Origin: Eledone cirrhosa
Taxonomy: Eukaryota
Assembly (NCBI GenBank): GCA_964016885.1
Contig: OZ024742.1
Coordinates: 144,212,001-144,276,000, forward strand
DNA length: 64,000 bases
Reading direction: 5' to 3'
Shown: positions 53,767 through 64,000 of the stretch, piece after piece
Layout of the letters: the number at the start of each line of letters is the position of its first letter
Numbering within the stretch: the stretch's first letter is position 1
The notes under the pieces: generated by a model
What the model was told of the DNA's origin: nothing
Databases searched by the model: none
The model's input: only the letters and a program-made list of their open reading frames with translations
Position numbers and translations under genes: made by a program

Positions 53767-54047
53767 GAGTGCAACCTTGATTCATGAACGCTTTTCATCA
53801 TGAAAAATTTTTCTGAACATAAAATGTCTCGGTTCATGAACACACAAGCTGGCAACAAGCCTGGTGTATCGACAGAAAAAAATGTCACCTATGTAGTTAG
53901 TTACTATGGTGATATCTATCTGTCTTTCACACACAGTCTCTCTCTCTCTCAACATTTTATGTGGGGAAAATAGTTTCAGTTTACAAACATTTCAGGTGAC
54001 AAACATCCTTCAGGAATGAATTAAGATCGTGAACTGAGGTTCCACTG
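53767..54047. mobile_element. Tigger/pogo-like MITE
   Basis: TA|GAGTGCAACCTTGATTCATGA ... TCGTGAACTGAGGTTCCACTG|TA imperfect TIRs. Confidence 0.65.
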
Positions 54048-54455
54048 TATACACATTATATATATATATATATAACCTTTGTCTTTGTTAGCAAGAGATA
54101 AAACATCCATAACTGAATTCTATCCCACATGCCATGTCACAAGACATATACACACAGACTGGTGCCAAACATTCTCCCATCAATTTTACAATACATTCTA
54201 TATAATATTCAGTCAAACTGTGCTGTCTCCTACAGCAGACTTAATGGTCTTCACAATGAGCTTTGGATGATGTGGAAGTGATGATATTATCATTACTGCT
54301 TAAAGAGAAAGAAGAGGGTGTGGAAGTAACTACTGCTTGTTCTCAATAGTAAATTGCATGCCTGCATTTTTGGTAGACTAACAGTCTGTGATTATTGTGA
54401 ATTTTCCAGATTCAACTGGGTTGGCTGTTCCATATCTATTATTATTAATATGATG

Positions 54456-54790
54456 GAGACACATGGCTTAGTGGTTAGAGCATTGACTTTGCAATCGAAA
54501 GGTTGTGAGTTCAATTCTCAGACCGGATGATGTGTTGTTTCCTTGAGCAAGGCACTTTATTTCACATTGCTCCAGTTTACTCAGCTGTAGAAATGAGATG
54601 ATAGGGACTGGGGTCCCTATCATTCCACTGCAAATTGGTCGTGGAGGTGCCACGGCAAAAAAAGCACCCAGCACTCACTGTAAATGAGGTTGGTGTTAGG
54701 AAGGGCATCCAGCTGTAGAAATCAAGCCAGAATCAGTTCCCGTCCCACCCTTGCAAGCAGGAAAAGCGGACATAAAATGATGATGATGAT
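54456..54790 (+). mobile_element. SINE family B copy
   Basis: Same head, body and tail as 13100-13490, with one fewer internal subrepeat. Confidence 0.85.
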
Positions 54791-54809
54791 CATCATCATC
54801 ATCATACTG

Positions 54810-55480
54810 TGGTAGATTGGCAGTATCTGTAGAACATTGGACAACATACTATGTGGCATAGAGTTACGGCTCTTTAATTTCACTGTTCAAATCCTTCCAA
54901 GGTTAGCTTTGCTTTTCATCTTTACAGGGTCAATAAAATAAAGCACAAGTAACGAACTAGAGTTGATTTAATTGACTTTCTTCATTCCTTCAAAATTGCT
55001 GGCCTAGTGTCTAAATCAGAAACCATTATCAATATCATAAGGGGGGGGGGGTAGATGGGAAGTATCTGTAAAGCAACGGACAACAGGTTTTGCAGCATAA
55101 TCGCACCCTTTACATTCTGATTTCAAATACTGCCATGGTTAGCTTTGCTTTTCATCCTTACAGGGTCAATAACAAAGCACCAGTAACACACTGGGGTCAA
55201 TGTAATTGATTTTACTCGTCCCTTCAAATTGCTGGCCTTGTGCCTTAATCAGAAGCCGCCATATTCAATATCACCATTGCTATGAAGGTGTGGTATTGAT
55301 AGAATCTTCAGAGTGTCTGACAAAATAACTTGCAGTATTTAGTTATGGCACTTTATGTTCTACATTCTCAGTAAAAATCCTGCTGAGGTCAATTTTACCT
55401 AGGGTGTAAATAAAATAAAATACCAGTCAAACACTGGGGTCAACAGAATTAACTATACCCTTCACCCTAAAATGTATGAC
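54810..55480 (+). mobile_element. Three diverged SINE family A copies in series
   Basis: Heads near 54812, 55050 and ~55290. Confidence 0.7.
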
Positions 55481-56360
55481 TGTGTGCTAATGCAAGAAAC
55501 AATAATTGTTATTGTTGTTGTTGTTTCTCATGTATTTTTTTAAGCATTTTGCATGACAACAACAACCACCCCACATATTAGTATATATGTTGTTGTAGTT
55601 AATGTCACTTCTATTACCATAATTATCATCATTATTATTATATTCAGTGATGATAAAGATGTATATAAGGGAAGATAACAATGAATGCAATAACACTTAA
55701 GAGGAATGAAGAAGTATATATATATATATATATATATATTACAACAGAAAAAAGTTCAAAGGAAAGAAAGTGGGCAGAAAGGGGTGAAATGTCCATAAAA
55801 GAAATGTGTTGAGTGGTTTTTACTTTTCTGTTCTTCTTATGCTTGTATTTTTTTTTTTTTTTGTAGGTATTCCCCACTCCACCACACATCCCTCATTGTT
55901 GTCATGACAACAGCTAAAGTTTCTGCATGGAATTACATTCACTTTTTCCAAGCCCAGTGAAAAATGAGCATATGGAAATAATTTATTTATGGAAGATGAT
56001 AGTTTTGGTATAGTCCATTTGTAAACTGGAAGTAGGGTAGAGCCAAAACAGAGCATTGAGGAGCAAGATAGTAAGGGTAGGGTACTAAAAGAGGGAACAA
56101 GAGCTGTTGCTTCTCAACCCATGACTTTCTAACATAAATGAGAATGAAAACTAAAAATTAAAAAGATATTTTTCAAAATTTTAAGTATTATTTTCATTGC
56201 TTTTCCACCCACATTACAGGCACCACCCCCATATTTAGAGGGAGAGAGAGAGGGGCTGTGCATTTTTAACCTAGAAAGATCTAAAGCATTTATATATGCT
56301 TCAAAAGACAATAGCAAATATGGTATTTCACTTACACGAATACACACAAACCCATATATA

Positions 56361-56433
56361 CAGGGTGTCCCTAAAAATGTATACACACTTCAACAGCATT
56401 CTAATCAAAGTGTGTATACATTTTTGGGACACC

Positions 56434-56436
<3 letters not shown>
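56361..56436. mobile_element. 76-bp Tc1/mariner-type mini-MITE
   Basis: TA|CAGGGTGTCCCTAAAAATGTATACACACTT ... AAGTGTGTATACATTTTTGGGACACCCTG|TA. Confidence 0.8.
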
Positions 56437-56484
<48 letters not shown>

Positions 56485-57560
56485 TATATATATACATACA
56501 CACATATATACACAAACCCACATTTGGACATGGATATTTACACACAATAACACATATTTGTTAACATAAAATGCTTTAGCATATTGTGGGACAAACCTAT
56601 AATTTGAGGAGATACATGTGATACATGCTAATACTTCAGAAATATGTGTGTGTCTATGTATATGTATAACAGCTAAAGTCACTAAGGTGTTAGTTCTCTG
56701 GTATTGTATTATTTCTCTTTTCAGTCATCCCAGCTCTAAGCAGGAACTATGTCAGGAGACAAGTGATCACTATAAGGCAGTGGGAGCCTTGTATAATTTA
56801 CAAGTGTTTAAATAACTTGCAATGCATTGAAACCACCTCTGGGCTAGAATAACTACAATACCACATGGCCACCAGTACACACAGTGTATATAGAAATGCA
56901 TCATCATCATCACCTTTTAATGTTCATTTTCCATGCTTAGACGAGTTGTCCCATTGTGAGATAAGTCAAATCATACAGAACTGTTACTGGCTTGGTTTCT
57001 ATGGCTGGATGTTGTTCCTAACACCAACCACATTTACAGCATGGACAGGGTGCTTTTTATGGTGGCACCAAAACGACCAACTGGTAGGTTGGACTGGGTA
57101 CATTTTCATTGTGTCACCAGCATGACCACTTTACAGAATGGACCGAGTGCTTTTTAAAGTTAACAGCTTCAATGTACATGTTTTACTATGAAAAATAGTC
57201 TAAAGTTAGGTATATAATCCCCTGACAATGGAAAAAATTGAACAACACTGCTTGATCAACAAGGCTTAGAATAATAGAAAAATTTCAGCTTCACAATGGT
57301 GTAATGATTGCACTGTGGAATGGAATACAGCAGGTATGGGTTGGCATCCCACTGGTAGCAGTGTTTAATTTTTTCTGTCCAGCTTCTAAGACTATATTTT
57401 ATAGTCCAAAATGTAAATTGAAGCTGTTAATTTTAAGTGAGAGGAATTCTTATTGAGTCAGTATCTGATTCAGCAATGTGCTTTCAAATTCCATCTCATT
57501 CTGTCAGGAGTTGCAAACAGTAGATAGCAACAGCAATGGAAAGACCAGCTCCACATCTTT

Positions 57561-57594
<34 letters not shown>

Positions 57595-57616
57595 TTTATT
57601 AAGGTTAAATAGTGAG

Positions 57617-57664
57617 TCTTGTTACTCTGGAGTTTTGCTTGTTCATTACAGGGTCATCAGACAA
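57617..57664 (-). ncRNA. Degenerate hammerhead motif of the same family (GAAA changed to AAAA)
   Basis: Minus strand reads TTGT-CTGATGA-CCCTGT-AATGA-ACAAGC-AAAA-CTCCAGAG-TA-ACAAGA. Confidence 0.6.
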
Positions 57665-57800
57665 TATAAAGCAAACATCCAGAATAACAAGAGTCATTAT
57701 TTAGCCTTAATAAAATGAATGTTTAAACTTTACTTCAGTATTGCATATTCTTTTCTCTCAGCCATCAACCACAAAGTATGTATATGTATGTATGTATGTA

Positions 57801-57849
<49 letters not shown>

Positions 57850-57851
57850 TG

Positions 57852-58283
57852 TGAAGGTGCATGGCTTAGTGGCTAGAGCATTGGGCTTGTAATCGAAAGG
57901 TTGTGAGTTCAATTCTCGGACCGGGTGATGTGTTGTTTCCTTGAGCAAGACACTTTATTTCACATTGCTCCAGTTTACTCAGCTATAGAAATGAGATGAT
58001 AGGATTGGGGTCCCTATCATTCCCCTGCAAAGTAGTCATGGAGGTGCCATGGCAAAAGAAGCACCCAGCCCACACTGTAAAGTGGATGTGTAGGCGCCAT
58101 GGAAAAAAAAGCACCCAGCACTCACTGTAAATGAGGTTGGTGTTAGAAATCAAGTCAGAATCAGTTCCTGTATGAGCAAGACAAGGTCAGCCAACCAGAC
58201 ACTGCCCACAACAGGACAACCCGTCTAACCCATGCTAGCGTGGAAGAACAGATGTAAAATGGTGATGATGATGATGATGATGA
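57852..58283 (+). mobile_element. SINE family B copy (long-tail variant)
   Basis: Same head and body; tail matches 24500-24633. Confidence 0.85.
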
Positions 58284-59659
58284 TTCTGCCCAAACTTTCC
58301 ACCAAGAGTCCTGCATTCTCTGTTTCTTTCTGTAATACACTTTCTTGCTTACCCACAATTTCCTACATTTTCCCTTCCTGTACCACTCTTCCAGTATTTT
58401 TCTCCACTTCTCTCACCCTCTAGACATTAATATAACTTTTTCCTCTTACTCCAACTCACCACAAAAAAATACCACTGTTCAGCACCACACTTAACCAAAT
58501 CCAATCCAACCCAACCCAACCCAACCCAACCCACGTCAAGCTAATTAATAATGCTTTTTAGTTAATACAATTTCAGTATAAAAATACATTACTGAAATGA
58601 TCCGATGGCTGGCTGGCTGTCTCTCAACAGCTACTAACAACTTGCACTAGGATTATATTTCAGATATGAAGATGTTAGGTCACTTTCATAACTCCACTGT
58701 TATGACCCATCTGATTGCTATCTCACCACAAACAGTGAGAGATTAGCAAACTCAACAGGTCACAGAATACCAAGCTTTATTTAGAGCTACTGATGCTAAT
58801 TTCACACCCAACCAGCCTTCCAAATGGCAGCGCAGTTAAGCAACTGTGACTGTTACAGAACATATGTCACAACCACGGACTTTCTTATATTTATTTTTAA
58901 GATTCTTTTTTCCTACATGTGTGTGTGTGTGTATTTCATCTGCATTCTTAAAGATTTGTATTAACTTGGGTTGGATGTGTCTGTAAAATTCAATAAGTAT
59001 GTGTTACTGAAATGAGATTAAATACTTCTGCATTTGGCAAATGTTCAGCCATGCAAACTCTAGGTCTCTGAGAGGTAAGAGTACTGAAAGTCTAGTAAAC
59101 AGATGTATGTACATACATATACATACACAAACATATGCATAACAGAAAAAAATTCAATCCTTGGGGCATTTAAAATTTAAAACTAGATAACTCCAATAAG
59201 ATCAGTTGATCAACATTTTTGGACAATATAGACAATGTAGATAGGAATGGATCTGCTATTTAAATCCAACTAGCAAAACAAACAAAGATGTTTCTATCAT
59301 ATTAGACCTCTTCAATGTAGCATATTCTACTCAGTTGGCAATCCTATATTATATTTACATGGTTATTTCATTTCCCTTTTTAATATGGTATTGTCCAATA
59401 TAGTCCTATATCATTGCCAGGAGGAAATTCTAATCAGCAGTCATTAAAACCTCTTTGGGTGTATTTGCTATATAATTTGTGTACAAGGAGGCTTCTTTAA
59501 TTAAGAAACTACAGTTAGAAACCAGACAAATGAATCTGTTTAGTGTTGTTTGTACTTTAAAGATAGAGAAGTCCAACTACGGAAGTTAAAGAACACATGT
59601 GATAACCCTTTTCCAAGAAAATGTTCACTATACTGCTAGTCATATTTTCAAACATTATG

Positions 59660-59930
59660 GTGAATTGGCAGTATCGGTAGAGGGTTGGACGCCATGCTTT
59701 CTAGCATAGTTACGTCCCTTTACAGTCTGAGTTCAAATCCCACCGAGGTTAACTTTGCCTTTCATCCTTACGGGATCGATAAAATAAAGTACCAGTAATG
59801 TACTGGGTAATTGCTGGCCTTGTGCCTAAAGTAGAAACAATTATTTATTATAGCTATCGATAAAATAAAGTACCAGTAATGCACTGGGATAATTGCTGGC
59901 CTTATGCCAAAAGTAGAAATGATTATTTAT
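59660..59930 (+). mobile_element. SINE family A with duplicated 3' portion
   Basis: ATCGATAAAATAAAGTACC...GTAGAAA occurs twice. Confidence 0.8.
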
Positions 59931-60479
59931 TATAGCTATCCATGTATGCTTCAGTTTTTTAAATATGTACACTGTATGGCTGGCAACAGATAGGGCAACT
60001 GCCCAAAACCACTGCCTCAAAAAATTCCATGCCAACATGAAAAGGTAGATGTGAAAACACTGATGATTATCATGATGATGACTATCATCATGATTGTGTT
60101 AAGGAAGGCATATATATATATATCTGTGTTAAGGAAGGCATATATATATATATATCTGCTTGGTGTACTTCGTGTATATATTTCACAATTCATCATATCT
60201 GCACTATATATTTCATAGCTCTGTCATCATCATCATGACCATTTAACATCTATTTTCCATGCTTGCATGTTACATACAGAGGCCTGACTACTCAGGTGAC
60301 TACATCTTGCTCATACACCCTGTTTACAGTTGGATGACCTTCCTAATGCTAACGACTTTACTGAGGGCCTTTTTCATGGGGCCATCACTACCAACTTAAC
60401 TCTAAGCTGCTGGCAACTAATGTCATAATTGAAAACAAACTTTGAATTTGAGTTAAAGAAATCATTATATAAAGTAAAG

Positions 60480-60685
60480 GGTGGTGGATTGGCAGTATCA
60501 GTAGTGCATCGGACAACAGGCTTTGTGGCATGTAGTTACGTCCCTTGATATTCTGATTTCACATCCTGCCCAGGTTAGCTTTGCCTTTTATTCTTACGGT
60601 GTTGATAAAATAAAGTACCAGTAATGCAATTTAATTGACTTTCACCATCCCTTCAAATTGCTGGCCTTGTGCCTAAATCAGAAAG
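60480..60685 (+). mobile_element. SINE family A, diverged
   Basis: Similarity to other family A copies. Confidence 0.75.
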
Positions 60686-60765
60686 CACTATATCAAGTAT
60701 AGAAAAAAAAAGCCTAGGATTAAAAAAAAAGCTTTTGCTACTGTGCAATAAGGTAGGTCTGTATT

Positions 60766-60968
60766 ATACAAAGGTCAAGTGAAAAGTCCATAGGCTGATT
60801 ATGAAGGAGTGATGCTAGAGCTGTGAAATCTTGCATCGATTAATTTCAACTTTTTTTTTTATTAACAACTGCATTGTTTCTTTCCAGGGTCTATGTTGAA
60901 AAATAAACCGGATTTGGTCATTCCATGAGAGTATCTTGGTCAAGCTATGAAATGTTTAGCCTACACTC
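60766..60968 (+). mobile_element. Internally deleted mariner remnant
   Basis: Degenerate TIRs (TGAAAAGTCCATAGGCTGA / TCAAGCTATGAAATGTTTA) and TATGTTGAAAAATAA (YVEK*, a mariner transposase C-terminus). Confidence 0.6.
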
Positions 60969-61589
60969 AGAGTTTCAAAAGAACTGCTAGGCCACAAGTC
61001 AATCCCAGAGGTAAACTAGATTAACAGTTGGATCCAGTTGAGTATGAAGACAAGACTAATTACATAAAATCTCTGTTTAAAGCAATAGCTTCTCTTGAGA
61101 GATATAATTGAACAGTGGCAATTAAACAAACCAGATAGAGATAGGTACAAATATTCTTATGAACAGACTTAATAGTAGAGAGAATTGTTAGTGTTAAGTT
61201 ACTGAGGCAATGCCCATGTCTCATAGAGAATGTTCAAAATGATTGAATACTTCATACACATACACACACACATGTATATATACATACATATATACACATA
61301 TACATACACACATATATACACACACATATACAACCACACATATATACACATACATATACATACACACATATATACACACACATATATATATATACATACA
61401 TATATACACATACATATATACATACATCTATATATACCTACATCATCATCATAATCATTTTACATCCGCTTTTCCTTGCTTGCAAGGGTGAGATATACAT
61501 ATATATACATATAAACACATATATATATACATACACATATATATTTCAGTACCAGCAAGATAAACGATTGGTTGCAGGCAGCTTAGAGC

Positions 61590-61790
61590 TAATGCATTCA
61601 GATAGCTGCTGTAATTACAGTAAACTCATATTTAATATCTGCAAGTTTAGTACAAATGTGAAATAAATACATTACATATGAGGGGGAGGGGGGATGTAAA
61701 GAAAATGCATTCAGATAGTTAGCTCGCTGTAGTTGCAGTTAACTCACATTTAATATCTGTTAGTCCAGTACAAATGTGTAAATAAATATA
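61590..61790. repeat. Diverged ~112-bp tandem duplication
   Basis: AATGCATTCAGATAG...TTTAATATCTG...GTACAAATGTG occurs twice. Confidence 0.75.
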
Positions 61791-62299
61791 ATAAACAATG
61801 ACAAAAGAAAAGACATAAATACATCAAAAGCCTATGGGAGGGTGAGGAGATAACAAAAAAAAAAAAATGTTCCTTTTTTTTTTTTTTTCTGAATTTGCAA
61901 AAAGCTCAATATCCCCGACATTTGTAATATGACAACTTGGAAATCTTAAACCAATCTGTAGCTGTTTTGACAACTTCATCAGAGACAACAACAACCAGCA
62001 CCTCGATAAGGAGAAACTGCAAAATGTAAGCAAGATAAGCCAGCAGTTATATAATCCAAAAAAGTTTTTCCTTGAAGTTATTTTGGTGCAAAGTGATATG
62101 ACCGTAAAAATATATTCAATACCGAGGAAATGAGTACAAGGCACATACACACGCATCTCTAGAACAGGAAGTGATATGTCACATCATACATTAGGATATT
62201 ATACCATGGACAACTGCTTTACCTAGTATTACCTAGCCACTTTCCTTTATACATATAAATACAATTTTTAAATGTCTTTTTATTTTATTATTTAACTCT

Positions 62300-62480
62300 T
62301 GGGCCGTGGATTGGCAGTATCGGCAGAGCATCAGACACCTTGCTTTGTGGCATAGAGTTACGGCTCTTTACATTCAAAGTTCAAATCCCACCAAGGTTGG
62401 CTTTGCCTTTCATCCTTATGAGATTGATAAAATAGAGCACGATTAATGCACTGGGGTCGATTCAATTGACCTCTCCCTCT
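62300..62480 (+). mobile_element. SINE family A, diverged
   Basis: Similarity to other family A copies. Confidence 0.75.
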
Positions 62481-64000
62481 TCTACCTTTAGTAAAACAAT
62501 TATTAACTCTTTCTAGACTGATGTTTGTTTTTTGTTTTTTATGGCTTAGTTAGAAGAGGAAGAACTTTTCTAGGGCCTCCAAGATTGGTGGTAGAAAAAG
62601 ACATTATGACTCATTGTAGCTGTGGCTTAAAGTTAATATATCAAAATATCCTCAGACTGGAAAACCTAATCTGAACACTTGCCACACAGTCAACTCTTAT
62701 AAATGCCCCTAAGGACCAGTTATCAGCATTGTTAACCTGGGCAATGAAAATTTAAGAAATTATTTGAGTGTTTACAACAACCTGTTTCCTAGTACTAATC
62801 CTTATAAGGGTGAACACAAGGTTGTGCAGTATCAGAAATGGTAAACAGCAATGGATTAAATGTTTTTCCAGTATTTATTGAAGGCCAACTATGTTTTGAG
62901 TTCAAAACGCTAACCACATTTACAGTGCTTTTTGCCGTGTCACCTACATGACCACTTTACAGTGTGGACTGGGTGCTTCTTGTTGAGACACCTACATGAC
63001 CACTTTATATATTTCCAGCTTTCACATAATTTTTGCATTTGATGTCTAGGTTTCCCAACACATGAAAGAGTCAGTCATGAGGGAAATCTCAGCTGCTAGC
63101 TGGTATTGAATTTATACCTTCAACTGATACCTTAATTTGTAAGTATGCAATATTCAAAATGAGTAAGTGAAACCCTTTTTCAGTAATGAAAGTGAGTCAC
63201 TTAATTAACAAATAATGAACAATCTTTCAATTTTTTCTCTCTCATTCTCTCTCTCTCTTTTAAAAGTTTTTTGTAAGTGGAGGAATTTATATGGGAGAAT
63301 TTAGAATTAAAACAAAAATAAATAAATAATAATAATAAAAAATAAATAAATATAAAATTTAAAAAGATTATTGGTAATTGCTAATAAATTTAATGCCAAT
63401 TTATTTATTAATAATCAGCTGTTCAAAACCTTAGATATTGAAACAGCAAAGATTTGAAAAAAGTCTATTTAATTTCACCAGTCACCCCCTCCAACATTGC
63501 CTACTCATAATAAAAGAACCAATTCTAAAATTATTCCCAAAGTTAAAAGCATAGTAATTTAGTTGCTAATCTCTGTCCCAGCAAGTATGACTAAACAGCA
63601 CTTTATATATTAAGCTTTCTGAACTTAAATGAATCAATGCTAGCTTCCGAAAAGTGGTTTGAATTACTACTGTTAAGGACCATGAAATATGCTGTAAAGA
63701 TTTTAACAGTTAAAAAGCCAGGATGTAATGAACAAATTGAAATTGTAAAGTTAAATCATTAAAAGAAAAAGCAGTGTTGAATTGAGTTGAGGCATTTAAC
63801 CATCTTTACTAAAAGGTCAGGATTGTATGTATATGTGTGTTTTCAGAAAAGACAAACTATGCAAAACTGGTAAATTTGTGTCATTTTTGCATATAATTAC
63901 TTTTGTTTTAGTGTGAATAATTGACATTAGTAATTATGGAGGAATTGTGGCAATGTGAAGAAGTTTTGCCAATGAATATAACAAAAGGACACATTGTTGG

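Noticed and set aside
55820-56056. Candidate upstream glypican exon (contains CC)
   Set aside because: Lacks the C..TCCT..ME motif and a suitable minus-strand donor.

Overview
Eukaryotic, AT-rich, repeat-saturated genomic DNA. The SINE, LINE and microsatellite repertoire looks like a coleoid cephalopod (Octopus-like); this is inferred, not proven. The only convincing host coding sequence is one 704-nt internal exon of a glypican (GPC3/5/Dally-like) on the minus strand (31642-32345), so most of the window is probably large introns. The rest comprises two tRNA-derived SINE families, degraded RTE-type and jockey/CR1-like LINE fragments, piggyBac-, Tc1/mariner- and Tigger-like MITEs, two large minisatellites (98 x 36 bp and about 15.5 x 49 bp), and many microsatellites that explain most of the ORF track. 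The most notable unannotated structure is a set of short elements in or beside (TA)n-type tracts. Three carry a minimal type-I hammerhead ribozyme motif of the Penelope-associated kind. A separate family forms ~105-110 bp near-perfect hairpins with a constant tail, and its substitutions are mirrored in both arms.
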